A program made the position numbers and the translations under genes. This document shows positions 1 through 11,183 of a stretch of DNA of 64,000 nt, in pieces (the stretch's first letter is position 1; each line of letters starts with the position of its first letter). The stretch is from positions 37,606 through 101,605 of the forward strand of contig JAJOJK010000002.1 in the NCBI GenBank assembly GCA_021208605.1, given 5' to 3'. Source of the DNA: Candidatus Woesebacteria bacterium (GTDB lineage: Bacteria > Patescibacteriota > Microgenomatia > UBA1400 > UBA1396). Under the pieces are notes generated by a model. The model saw nothing but the letters and a program-made list of their open reading frames with translations. It was not told the DNA's origin and did no database searches.

Positions 1-2277
<2,277 letters not shown>

Positions 2278-2283
2278 AGATCG

Positions 2284-3810
2284 TTACTCCTCTTTCGCTA
2301 TATGCCATTCAGGATGGAGTTCGTTATAGGCTTCAACCACTTTTTTGAGCGCTGTTTCGGTTTCATCGAGTAACTTCTTTTCCTTCACGATAGAAGTGTA
2401 GATGTCATCAGCCGTGTCGTGCACGTGCTGAATGAAACCACTTTCCCATTCTCGAATATGATCAACTTGAATGCCATCGAGGTAACCACGAGTGGCAGCC
2501 CAGATAACAACAATCTGCTCTTGTACGGCTAATGGAGTGTCCCATCCTTGGTTAAGGATTTTGGCGACGCGCTCACCACGTGCAAGTTGCTTTTTGGTTG
2601 CGGGATCAAGGTCAGAACTGAACTGAGAGAAGGCTTCCAGGTCACGATACTGCGCTAGCTCAAGTTTCATTGGACCAGCGACCTGTTTCATGGCCTTAAT
2701 TTGGGCCGATGAACCAACACGCGATACTGAGAGTCCTACGTTAATGGCTGGACGAACGCCAGCGTTGAAGAGGTCTGACTCGAGGTAAATCTGTCCATCA
2801 GTAATAGAAATGACATTTGTCGGAATGTATGCTGAGACGTCATTGGCTTGTGTTTCGATGATAGGCAACGCGGTGATAGAACCACCACCATGCTCTGGAT
2901 TCAAGCGACAAGCGCGTTCGAGTAAGCGGCTATGCAGGTAGAAAACATCACCTGGATACGCTTCACGACCAGATGGACGACGCAAGAGCAAAGAAACTTC
3001 GCGATACGCTTGAGCATGTTTGGAAAGATCGTCATAAATAACTAAAACGTCCTTCCCTTGCTTGAGGAAGTGCTCAGCGATAGCGGTACCAGCCATAGGA
3101 GCGAGGTACTGCTTGGCTGCTGTATCAGAGGCGCTTGCTACGACCATGACTGTGTACTTCATAGCGCCCCGCTCTTCTAAAAGAGAATGCGTCTGAGATA
3201 AGAAGCTGCGTTTTTGCCCAATGGCCACATAGACACAGATAACATCTTGATCGTGTTGATTCAGGATAGTACCGAGAGCAACTGCAGACTTTCCAGTTCC
3301 GCGGTCACCAATAATAAGCTCACGCTGACCTCTTCCAATTGGAATCATGGCATCGATGGCTTTGATACCAGTCTGAAGTGGTTCGGAAACGGATTGACGG
3401 GCCATAACACCTGGCGCAATCTTCTCCATTTCTTCATAGCCCTCAATAGAAAATTCACCTTTTCCATCGAGTGGAGTGCCTAGTGGATCAACTACACGAC
3501 CAATAAGTTCATTGGATACCGGCACAGACAAAAGACGACCAGTGCCATACACTGGTTGGCCAACTGTTATATGAGCAGCATCGCCAAGAGCAACAACACC
3601 GACAGTTTCTTCGTTCAAGTTCAGCGCAAGTCCGAGCTCTCCTCGACCGAGATCCACCAGCTCATTGGCCATGATGGAGTCTAAACCTGACACAGTGACA
3701 ACACCATCACCAAATGACTCGACTTCACCAACTAAGCGGGGCTCAGTGGTTGAAGGAAAGTTTTTCAGTTTCTTTTCAATATCGGTCAAAAAGCTACTCT
3801 TTTTTGCCAT
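2284..3810 (-). CDS. atpA: ATP synthase F1 alpha subunit
   Basis: 508 aa with Walker [16 protein letters not shown] and the conserved alpha core. It lies between the gamma and delta genes. Confidence 0.92.
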   Translation of the reverse strand: MAKKSSFLTDIEKKLKNFPSTTEPRLVGEVESFGDGVVTVSGLDSIMANELVDLGRGELGLALNLNEETVGVVALGDAAHITVGQPVYGTGRLLSVPVSNELIGRVVDPLGTPLDGKGEFSIEGYEEMEKIAPGVMARQSVSEPLQTGIKAIDAMIPIGRGQRELIIGDRGTGKSAVALGTILNQHDQDVICVYVAIGQKRSFLSQTHSLLEERGAMKYTVMVVASASDTAAKQYLAPMAGTAIAEHFLKQGKDVLVIYDDLSKHAQAYREVSLLLRRPSGREAYPGDVFYLHSRLLERACRLNPEHGGGSITALPIIETQANDVSAYIPTNVISITDGQIYLESDLFNAGVRPAINVGLSVSRVGSSAQIKAMKQVAGPMKLELAQYRDLEAFSQFSSDLDPATKKQLARGERVAKILNQGWDTPLAVQEQIVVIWAATRGYLDGIQVDHIREWESGFIQHVHDTADDIYTSIVKEKKLLDETETALKKVVEAYNELHPEWHIAKEE

Positions 3811-3825
3811 GAATATCCTTACTCG

Positions 3826-4044
3826 TTATGCGAGGTTGCGCAGTGTTTCCAGTTGGTTCAGAACCGTTGCATCATACTGTTTCGAGCCGATGGTGAGGCG
3901 AATGCCGCCAATAACAGCTGGATTCACTACTTCTTTTAGCTCGATTTCTTGTGTACCTGCTTTTGCCTGAGCTACTTGCATCACTTCTTTACGTTGTGTG
4001 GCAGTAAGTTCTACTGCTGTGGTTACTGTAACGTGCTGTGCCAT
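3826..4044 (-). CDS. atpH: ATP synthase delta (OSCP) subunit, C-terminal domain only (72 aa)
   Basis: The motif ...AVIGGIRLTIGSKQYDATVLNQLETLRNL matches the conserved delta C-terminus. The N-terminal alpha-binding domain (about 100 aa) is absent. The ORF lies in the same frame as atpF, 6 codons after its stop. Confidence 0.7.
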   Translation of the reverse strand: MAQHVTVTTAVELTATQRKEVMQVAQAKAGTQEIELKEVVNPAVIGGIRLTIGSKQYDATVLNQLETLRNLA

Positions 4045-4062
4045 ACCTGTTTTCCAATTTCG

Positions 4063-4548
4063 TTATTTCTGGGAAGCAATACTCTTCAGACCAGACTCAA
4101 TGAGTTTTGCGTGTTTCTTGGAGTCAACAGACTCGCCCAAGATATGCTCAGCAACTGTGAATACAGCGGCTTCAAACTCTTTTTGCTGCTCTTTGAGAGC
4201 CTGTGCTTTTTCTTTTTTCAGAGCTTCAAGCATCTTCTCGCGCTCATCGGCGACTTCAGCTTTTACTTCTTTCAAAAGTTCAGACTTTTTTTCTTTTGCT
4301 TCTGCGCGGGCGGCGGCGATAATGTCTTTCGCTTCCTGTTGAGCTTCTCGCTTTACTTGCTCAGCGTGTTCAGAAATTCGGCCTTTTTCTCGAAGTGCAG
4401 CTTCAGCTGCTTTTTGACCTTCGGTCACTTTTCGAGATCGTTCATCCAAAATTTTCTTAACTGGCTTGAAGAGCAAGAACGTCAACAGTCCAGCCACGAT
4501 GCCGAAGTTCAGCATCTGCAGTAAGATGGCGGTGACTTGTATTTCCAT
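4063..4548 (-). CDS. atpF: ATP synthase Fo b subunit
   Basis: 161 aa with an N-terminal TM helix followed by a long charged A/E/K-rich helix, in operon position. Confidence 0.85.
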   Translation of the reverse strand: MEIQVTAILLQMLNFGIVAGLLTFLLFKPVKKILDERSRKVTEGQKAAEAALREKGRISEHAEQVKREAQQEAKDIIAAARAEAKEKKSELLKEVKAEVADEREKMLEALKKEKAQALKEQQKEFEAAVFTVAEHILGESVDSKKHAKLIESGLKSIASQK

Positions 4549-4577
4549 GCGTTCTCTCCTTTATTCTCTCGTATCTC

Positions 4578-4793
4578 TTAAGCGACAAACTTGATAATTA
4601 AAGCGACTACCAAAGCGTAAATAGCAATAGCTTCGGCAAAAGCGGCGACAAGCACCATAGCAGCTTGAATCTTGGAAGCAGCTTCTGGGTTGCGACCGAT
4701 AGACTCCAAACCTGCTTTACCAATAATGCCGATAGAAATTGCTGGGGCAATAGCACCGAGGGCGATGGTCAAGGCGACTGGTAAGTTATCCAT
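4578..4793 (-). CDS. atpE: ATP synthase Fo c subunit
   Basis: 71-aa two-TM hairpin with the polar loop GRNPE and the conserved carboxylate region AEAIAIY. Confidence 0.88.
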   Translation of the reverse strand: MDNLPVALTIALGAIAPAISIGIIGKAGLESIGRNPEAASKIQAAMVLVAAFAEAIAIYALVVALIIKFVA

Positions 4794-4845
4794 TTTTTCT
4801 CCTTTTTCGTTTTCTTTTCTTGTTTTGTATTATCTACTGCTGTAT

Positions 4846-5787
4846 TTAGTGATGCTCACTGGTTGCCATATTAAAGAATACGAGTGAGAGCATTGCAAAG
4901 ACATAGGCCTGGAGCCCGCCAACAAATATCTCAAATCCAATAAATGGTACTGGAATGAGAATCGGGACTAAGAATTTCATTACAGAGATGAGTACCTCGC
5001 CGGCAAAAATATTACCAAACAAACGGAAGGCAAATGAGATTACCTTGGAGAATTCAGCCAATATTTCAAGGATACCGATGAAAAATGAGATTGGATCGCT
5101 AAAGTTGAGGTATTTTTTAAAGTAGCCGAGTCCAACAAACTGAACGCCGATCACCTGTGTCATGAAGACAGAGATAATTGCCAGCGCAAGTGTCATGTTG
5201 ATGTCAGCATTCGCACCACGGAAAAGAGCGGTTGCTCCGTGCTTCTCTTCACCAGCGTGATCATCATCTGTTTCGTGATTTTCAGTTTCCAATACTGCGT
5301 GCTCTGGGTCGCCAATTTCCAGTTCGGTACCATGCTCTTCAACAGTTATTTCCTCAATAGCTTCGGAAGCATGGGCGACATCTGGATTGAGCCACTTAGG
5401 TAAGTCTGTGAATTGAACTGTTGGTTCACCGGTAAACTGAATAGTGTGAACACCAGGAACGAGTTCAAACCAGTTATTGAGTGCGATAAAAATAAGGAAA
5501 CTGCCAATGAAGGGAACAAAGACCGCAGTTTTCTTGGCAGATTGCGTAACATTATCAACTAGGCCATAAATGGAGCCCACGATAAGCTCTATAAAAGACT
5601 GGAAGCGAGATGGTCGATCAGTATCTTCGATTTTTGAGTTTGCGTAAAACAAAAAGACCGTTAGGAGGGCGGTCACAAAAAAGCTTGTAAACAAGGTGTT
5701 AGCGACTTCGACGCCGCCGATATTAAAAAGTTGTTCTGCACTAATTGCAATATGAAGTCCGCTACCGGCTGCCATAGTTGTATCCAA
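4846..5787 (-). CDS. atpB: ATP synthase Fo a subunit, carrying an acidic/His-rich loop insertion of about 70 aa
   Basis: The a-subunit signature FRLFGNIFAGEVL (essential Arg) and multi-TM architecture are present. At 313 aa it is larger than the usual 230-270 aa because of an insert between LVPG and ANADINMTLALAI. Confidence 0.85.
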   Translation of the reverse strand: MDTTMAAGSGLHIAISAEQLFNIGGVEVANTLFTSFFVTALLTVFLFYANSKIEDTDRPSRFQSFIELIVGSIYGLVDNVTQSAKKTAVFVPFIGSFLIFIALNNWFELVPGVHTIQFTGEPTVQFTDLPKWLNPDVAHASEAIEEITVEEHGTELEIGDPEHAVLETENHETDDDHAGEEKHGATALFRGANADINMTLALAIISVFMTQVIGVQFVGLGYFKKYLNFSDPISFFIGILEILAEFSKVISFAFRLFGNIFAGEVLISVMKFLVPILIPVPFIGFEIFVGGLQAYVFAMLSLVFFNMATSEHH

Positions 5788-5861
5788 TTCTTGTGTGAGA
5801 AACCAAAAATCCAGACAAAGCTGGAATGGCTTCTTGTATTTATTTGTAATCCAACACCGGC

Positions 5862-5890
5862 ATTATCTTCACAAAATCATATTTTGGCAA
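5862..5890 (-). promoter_or_regulatory. sigma70-like promoter of the atp operon (TTGCCA-N17-GATAAT on the minus strand)
   Basis: The minus-strand -35 TTGCCA (5890..5885) and -10 GATAAT (5867..5862) are separated by a 17-nt spacer. The site lies about 75 nt upstream of the atpB ATG. Confidence 0.45.
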
Positions 5891-5951
5891 GAGGCAGTTT
5901 CTCTGGAAAAAGTTTCCCAAGACAAAAAAAATATTATTTGGTACAATAGCC

Positions 5952-5968
5952 GTTCACGAGTTGTGAAC
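5952..5968. promoter_or_regulatory. Palindrome GTTCAC-N5-GTGAAC in the atp/tRNA-Glu divergent intergenic region; candidate operator
   Basis: A perfect 6-bp inverted repeat with a 5-nt spacer lies between the atp promoter and the tRNA-Glu promoter. Confidence 0.3.
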
Positions 5969-5975
5969 CAGAGGT

Positions 5976-6002
5976 TTGCATCTTGTTCTAGACAAGTACA
6001 AT
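5976..6002 (+). promoter_or_regulatory. Candidate promoter for tRNA-Glu (TTGCAT-N15-TACAAT)
   Basis: Hexamers at 5976..5981 and 5997..6002, with the -10 about 11 nt upstream of the mature tRNA 5' end. The 15-nt spacer is sub-optimal. Confidence 0.3.
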
Positions 6003-6013
6003 ACGTACTTCTA

Positions 6014-6085
6014 GGCCCCATCGTCTAGTGGTCTAGGACGCCAGGTTTTCATCCTGTAACCGGGGTTCGAGTCCCCGTGGGGTCA
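6014..6085 (+). tRNA. tRNA-Glu (anticodon UUC)
   Basis: Cloverleaf with acceptor GGCCCCA/TGGGGTC, anticodon loop TTTTCAT (U33, anticodon TTC), T-arm CGGGG-TTCGAGT-CCCCG and discriminator A. No CCA is encoded. Confidence 0.8.
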
Positions 6086-6092
6086 CAAAAAA

Positions 6093-6128
6093 AGAGAGAG
6101 TCATTGGCTCTCTCTTTTTTATTTTTTA
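6093..6128 (+). terminator. Rho-independent terminator after tRNA-Glu
   Basis: GAGAGAG-tcattgg-CTCTCTC hairpin followed by TTTTTTATTTTTT. Confidence 0.75.
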
Positions 6129-6153
6129 GGCAACTCACGTATGTATAGATACG

Positions 6154-6420
6154 TTATCGTTGAGTATTTTTTAGTTCGCTGATCCAGGTCAATACGTCTT
6201 CTAAAGTCATGTTGGCAGGCAATCTGTTTTTGCTAAGTTCAAGAGAGATATCATTTGCAGTAAGGCCTTTATGCAGGATATCTTCTGGCGCATCATTAAA
6301 GAGCCAGTCAATTATTTCCATTTGTTCTGGAGTAAGATCTTCATACTCAAATCTTCTTTTTTTTTTCTCTCAATTTTTTTTGTAGTTGGTGGTTTGTAGT
6401 GTCTCTGGTGATTGATTCAT
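6154..6420 (-). pseudogene. Small ORF (about 85 aa if contiguous) interrupted at an A8/A10 homopolymer tract; unknown function
   Basis: Minus-strand MNQSPETLQTTNYKKN stops inside an A8 run. The downstream frame continues ...KKRRFEYEDLTPEQMEIIDWLFNDAPEDILHKGLTANDISLELSKNRLPANMTLEDVLTWISELKNTQR*. Each piece is under 60 aa, so neither is in the ORF track. Confidence 0.3.
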
Positions 6421-6720
6421 AGATCTAGGAATCTTACCAGATAGAGATCATCTTTCTAGTGCAATTTATTACAAACCGTTTTGAGAATATTCATTAACAC
6501 ACTATTGCTTCGCTCATTACTGACTGATTTCAAGAAACATTCTATGTTAGGATATGCGTAGTTATAGTTGAAAAAAGAAAGATATCATGCCCTTTGATAG
6601 TGAAATTTCGGAAGTAATGACTGGCGTATGGGCTCGAACTATTGATTATGATCGCAATATGCAATATGTTGAGTCCGAAGGTATCGAGGAATAACAAAAT
6701 AAATAGTCACAGCAATTGTT

Positions 6721-8514
6721 TTGCTGTATCCTGCAAGCATGGCCAATATTGAAAAAGCAGCACAGCCTCGTTCCCTAGAACGGCGTAAGTTTATTGAAGC
6801 GCACGGTGACGCTGTAGCAGCTACTGAAATTCCGGTTACCGCCCAAGAACTGTACATGCAGTTTCCTGATAGAGTCCCTTCTGGAGCTGAGGTACTCAAT
6901 GCCTATGATTTTTCACTTACTTTCTTTGGACTTAATCCTGAAGAAGCGAAGTCACTGAGTCTCGCTGAAATTGATAAGAAATATTCTGTTATATTTTTAG
7001 CCAGTGGACTTATCTCAAACCCAGATCAGTGGAATAATAGTACTCATTCATTAGTTAAGAAATTGTTGAATCATCAAAATGATGCTAAAGATGATGGTAA
7101 AAAAACTGTATGTTTAGCAGTAAGTTGTCCTGGATTTGGAGGAACAGCCCTTCGAGACACAGAGAATGCTACCAAGGAAGATGTCAGCACACAGCGCTAC
7201 TCAGAGATTCTGCAAGTATTAGACGATGCATTTCAACCTGAATGTGTGATTGGACATTCAGCGGGTGGTGAAGCGGTTTTACGGTTTGCACAAGATAATC
7301 CTGACGTTCCTGTGGTGGCACTGCAGCCATCCATTTCTGAATTGTCACAAAATATTTTTCGTTTGATTGGATACATTGAGCGTTTGAAGGAACTTACTCA
7401 TTTTTTCCCACTACTCATACCGATTGCGAATCGAGTCAATATTGCTATTGTTAACTTCCTTACTGGAAAGGATTTGAGTCCTCAAGTTCTTCAAGCAAAT
7501 GAACAGACAAGAGTTCACCTTCATGAGGCTATTACGAATACCGTTGGCTATCATCTCAAGTTGCAAGAGTTGGCAGATCGCGGAGATGTGAAGCATAATC
7601 TTCCATTGAATTGTCGCATAGTGAGCGGTGACAAAGATACACTTACGACTCGAGATCACATCAAAACTTCTATTCGTAAGATTATTGAAACCTCATTTCG
7701 TTCTTTTGCTGATAACTGGCAATTGGCTTCATTGGATGAAGAAACAGAACAAGAGCTTATAGATTTCCTCTCTCAAGAAGAAGAATGGGGACATGATACT
7801 GTCTTTCTAGAGTCAGAAGCTCAAGTTATTCTTTTAGAAGTAGTGGATACAGTAATTTCACGAAAAAGAATAGAAAAGGAACAAGAAAAAAATACTACGT
7901 TACTGCGAGTTCGTGATGCTATTCAATACTTGCAGTCGATTGGTGTTCCTATTGAGGTCAATATTACTAAAAGTTCTGAAGCTCAAAAAACTGAATCCAG
8001 CTTTTCAGAGCGAGACTGGGAAGATCTCCTGAAGCGACTCAATGAAGTTATTAAAGTAAAAGTTTGGGAAATTGTTGCTACCTATATTTCTGCAATAGAT
8101 CCTGAAAAAACAAATTATCAAGAAGCGCGTGATTTTATACTGGAAAAATTTGTTTCCATACCATTCGTGAAAGATACGCTAGAGGCAAATAAACATGAAA
8201 TATATGAAACTGATGATAGAACCTATGATAGGTTCTATTTTGTTGTGAACTTGTTTTATCAAGAAACGTACGGCATTGATTTAAAACCTCGGCTTGATAC
8301 TGAGATGGACAGTCGATCGAAAGCATATAATCTTTTGAGAGAGATGCTTGGGGCGTTACACCATCAAAAAAAAGAGAAATTGATAGAGAATCGTTCGAAT
8401 GGTGGTGAGGATTTTTGGGATGACTTTATTACGCAACTGCAAAGCACCACTTCAGCACAACTTGACTTATCTTTAGAAGAATTTCTTATGATTGATAATT
8501 CACTCAATTCCTGA
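6721..8514 (+). CDS. Alpha/beta-hydrolase-fold protein (GHSAGG nucleophile elbow) with a ~330-aa helical, charged C-terminal extension; unknown function
   Basis: 597-aa ORF; the more likely start is the ATG at 6739 (MANIEK...). The Ser motif CVIGHSAGGEAV is followed by a later VSGDKDT...H. The region is markedly more AT-rich than its neighbours. Confidence 0.6.
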   Translation: MLYPASMANIEKAAQPRSLERRKFIEAHGDAVAATEIPVTAQELYMQFPDRVPSGAEVLNAYDFSLTFFGLNPEEAKSLSLAEIDKKYSVIFLASGLISNPDQWNNSTHSLVKKLLNHQNDAKDDGKKTVCLAVSCPGFGGTALRDTENATKEDVSTQRYSEILQVLDDAFQPECVIGHSAGGEAVLRFAQDNPDVPVVALQPSISELSQNIFRLIGYIERLKELTHFFPLLIPIANRVNIAIVNFLTGKDLSPQVLQANEQTRVHLHEAITNTVGYHLKLQELADRGDVKHNLPLNCRIVSGDKDTLTTRDHIKTSIRKIIETSFRSFADNWQLASLDEETEQELIDFLSQEEEWGHDTVFLESEAQVILLEVVDTVISRKRIEKEQEKNTTLLRVRDAIQYLQSIGVPIEVNITKSSEAQKTESSFSERDWEDLLKRLNEVIKVKVWEIVATYISAIDPEKTNYQEARDFILEKFVSIPFVKDTLEANKHEIYETDDRTYDRFYFVVNLFYQETYGIDLKPRLDTEMDSRSKAYNLLREMLGALHHQKKEKLIENRSNGGEDFWDDFITQLQSTTSAQLDLSLEEFLMIDNSLNS

Positions 8515-8535
8515 GACAGCCATCAATACACAGTA

Positions 8536-9597
8536 CTATTTTAAATACGTATCAAAGAATTGGATTGTTCTTTGCATAGCTGTGTTGAAACTCTGCCCTT
8601 CAATATCATGCCCACCGGTAGAATAGAGATACAGTTCATGCTCGACGCCTTCATCTTCAAAAATTTTCGCTAAGTCGCGTGAATAACCGGGATTTACAAC
8701 AGAATCATTTTCGGCGTGGTGCAGTTGGAAAGCGGTTTCAACACCACCTAAATAATTCGTGGGATCCATTTGTTCCCAAAAGGCTGTATTTTCTGAGTAC
8801 TGGCCAAACTGCTCACGCAGTGACTGAGCACGTTCGAGTATTTCTTGCTCTGTTTTTCGTGAACGAACAAAACTGCTGTCCGAAATGCGGTACTTTTCTA
8901 GGTCGCGATAGGTAAAGCCGGCACCGGCCCAAATCACGGCCGCGGGAAATTGCTGGTTCACTGCGGCGGATCGTAGGGTGATATTGCCTGACATGCTGTG
9001 TCCCCACAAGCCAATTGCTTGCGCATTCACTCGATCATCCTGCTCTAGTGCCTTGGCCGCGTACAGTGTATCGAAAACGTATCCGGGCGAGTGATAGGCC
9101 CCTGAGGGTTCCCCTTCCGACTCACCGTGTCCCCGGTAATCAATTTTGAATACGACATAGTCAGCGCGCGCCAGGCTATCCACGTAGCTCACGTATCGCT
9201 CTGTAGTGACATATTGATCTGGTGGAATATAACCATGCAAAAAAATAATTGCTGGATATCCGTTTTCCGGCCGAGCTGACTTTGGCACTGTGAGGAGGCC
9301 ATAAATTGTGTTTCCTTCAGATTGGTAACTCGCTCGATAGCTCGTGTAGGCGGTATTTTCGCTATATACCTGTTCAATGGCTAACTCGGTCTCCCCGAGC
9401 TCGGTTTGCCTCATGCCTGCAATTGTGGCAGGATGGGGCGATATTTGTGTCTCTAGCGTGTTCATCACATTTTGGAAAACGGGACTGTTAGTTCGTTCTT
9501 CTGGAGCATCCGATGTGTTAAGAAAATTAAATGCGTCTCTTTGCCACCACCCAACGGCGGCAATAACGAGCACTCCTCCCAAAAAGAGCATGCCCAT
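8536..9597 (-). CDS. Membrane-anchored alpha/beta hydrolase, prolyl-oligopeptidase/dienelactone-hydrolase-like
   Basis: N-terminal TM helix, IFLHGY oxyanion region, GLWGHSMSGNI nucleophile elbow, and ENDSVV (acid) followed by GGHD (His). Confidence 0.65.
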   Translation of the reverse strand: MGMLFLGGVLVIAAVGWWQRDAFNFLNTSDAPEERTNSPVFQNVMNTLETQISPHPATIAGMRQTELGETELAIEQVYSENTAYTSYRASYQSEGNTIYGLLTVPKSARPENGYPAIIFLHGYIPPDQYVTTERYVSYVDSLARADYVVFKIDYRGHGESEGEPSGAYHSPGYVFDTLYAAKALEQDDRVNAQAIGLWGHSMSGNITLRSAAVNQQFPAAVIWAGAGFTYRDLEKYRISDSSFVRSRKTEQEILERAQSLREQFGQYSENTAFWEQMDPTNYLGGVETAFQLHHAENDSVVNPGYSRDLAKIFEDEGVEHELYLYSTGGHDIEGQSFNTAMQRTIQFFDTYLK

Positions 9598-9685
9598 TTT
9601 CCAAAAGTGATGAAGACCACGAGAACTGATTCACTCTTTCAGTATAGCGAACAGACTCCCCGCTTGTGTGTGGGTTTGGTAAGTG

Positions 9686-10534
9686 TTAACGGATAAGTCC
9701 GTTTGGATACATAAGCTGGATATATCGTCTGGTCATAGGATCACCGAAACGACCGAGAACTGAAAGCACTTCCATGATCAATTGTTGATACTCTTTTAAG
9801 TGAGCGACTGGAAAAGCAATGTCTTTCTCAGTAATCAGTTCTTGGGGAGGCTTTGTCCAGTGCCAAACAATTTGGTTTTCGTTCCAATCAAAATCAAGTC
9901 GAGGATTCGCTGAGCGTACATACTCTGCTGTTTTGCTTCGAAATTCACTAGATTTCGCTTTCTTTTCCCAACTCAGAGCTCTTTCTCGACTTTCTAGTGC
10001 ACGATACTTTGCGAGCAAAGTCTGGAAGAGCATAAATCCAGAATACAACTCTTGTTCTGTAAGTGGCTGTTGAGAGCGAAGTTTTTCAATAAACTTCTGC
10101 ACTCGAGCTTCAGCTCTTGCTAGTACTTTTTGTGCATTTGCCTCATTCATACCTCTCGTTTTTAAGCTTGGGTCAAAGAAATCAGCAACTGGAAGCAAAG
10201 CTATTTCTGCAAATATGCTGGCGGGGTCAGGTAATGTTACTCCGTATCCTTCAGCTCCAGTAGGAAAAGGATCAACAGCAAGGTTCACTCTATGTCGTGT
10301 CGAGTTCCAAGCAGTAAATCCTTCAACTGAACGTGACGGTACTTTTTCAATTTCATCTCTAAGATCTCTTGGAAGTGTTAATGAGATTGGCCCGCAAATC
10401 CGTGTCCAGTATTGAGTACCTTCAACCGGAAATATAAAATCTCCACCATGCTGGATTCTCTGTGTTTCAGCCGTATTACGTGCAGTCTCTTGTGCAGACA
10501 TACCATCCTTTCGACTCCCAAATTCTATACCCAA
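9686..10534 (-). CDS. Hypothetical protein (282 aa), no recognisable motif
   Basis: Long ORF in line with neighbouring coding density. No TM helix or signal peptide. Confidence 0.5.
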   Translation of the reverse strand: MGIEFGSRKDGMSAQETARNTAETQRIQHGGDFIFPVEGTQYWTRICGPISLTLPRDLRDEIEKVPSRSVEGFTAWNSTRHRVNLAVDPFPTGAEGYGVTLPDPASIFAEIALLPVADFFDPSLKTRGMNEANAQKVLARAEARVQKFIEKLRSQQPLTEQELYSGFMLFQTLLAKYRALESRERALSWEKKAKSSEFRSKTAEYVRSANPRLDFDWNENQIVWHWTKPPQELITEKDIAFPVAHLKEYQQLIMEVLSVLGRFGDPMTRRYIQLMYPNGLIR

Positions 10535-10571
10535 CCGAGCACAAAAGAAACTCTGCTCACTCGAGGAAAAG

Positions 10572-10588
10572 AGGTATATAATATACCT
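10572..10588. promoter_or_regulatory. Perfect palindrome AGGTATAT-a-ATATACCT containing a TATAAT box; candidate operator/promoter element
   Basis: An 8-bp inverted repeat with a 1-nt spacer lies between the HIT-like gene and the 282-aa hypothetical gene, both on the minus strand. Confidence 0.3.
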
Positions 10589-10647
10589 ATATGGTGCGGA
10601 AAGAAGATGCTCGTTTTCGTCCCAAAACGCGTAAGAAATCTTCTGCT

Positions 10648-11103
10648 CTACTGTAATTCAGCTGAAATTTTTGCCTGTAATTCATCTAAATCTGCATCGC
10701 TCATCTTTGGGCCTTCAACCGTTGTGAGATAGCCAACGTAGTTGGGATAGAATTCTTGATGCTTGCTCCAAATATCGGTAGCACTGCCTAATTCACCGTG
10801 CAGCGGATAGAGTTTTGCGTGCACATGCGCCACTCCGGTACCTTCAAAAACCAGTGCTACGCGCGATACGTCCAAGGCCTTCTCGAGTGCCTTGGCTACT
10901 TTTTGCGTTGCTTTCATCAGTCCAAGATAGACTTCCTCTTCGAGTTCAAAAACATAGTCGCCATGATTTACTTTCGGTATTACCACGGTGACGCCAGGCG
11001 TATTGGGAAACGGCGTTAAGAATGCGACATAGGTTTCATCTTCCCAGACTTTCCAGGTGGGAATTTCTTCGCGGATTACGAGATCGAAAAGGGTTTCTGC
11101 CAT
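10648..11103 (-). CDS. HIT-superfamily-like protein with variant histidine motif HVHAK
   Basis: 151 aa. The beta-rich N-terminal segment YVAFLTPFPNTPGVTVVIPK and GTGVAHVHAKLYP resemble the HIT fold, but the third His of HxHxH is Lys. Confidence 0.5.
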   Translation of the reverse strand: MAETLFDLVIREEIPTWKVWEDETYVAFLTPFPNTPGVTVVIPKVNHGDYVFELEEEVYLGLMKATQKVAKALEKALDVSRVALVFEGTGVAHVHAKLYPLHGELGSATDIWSKHQEFYPNYVGYLTTVEGPKMSDADLDELQAKISAELQ

Positions 11104-11136
11104 AGTGTTTCTATTGTACCGTTTTTTGCTGAAGAT

Positions 11137-11161
11137 ACAAAAAAGCGACCCGGAGGTCGCT
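11137..11161 (-). terminator. Rho-independent terminator downstream of the RRM gene
   Basis: On the minus strand, AGCGACC-tccg-GGTCGCT is followed by TTTTTT. Confidence 0.6.
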
Positions 11162-11183
11162 CTCTTGTTGTATTTCGTTATGC

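Noticed and set aside
3949-4524. 191-aa plus-strand ORF, and the overlapping 114-aa ORF
   Set aside because: Low-complexity Cys/Phe-rich antisense shadows of atpF/atpH, with no coding features.
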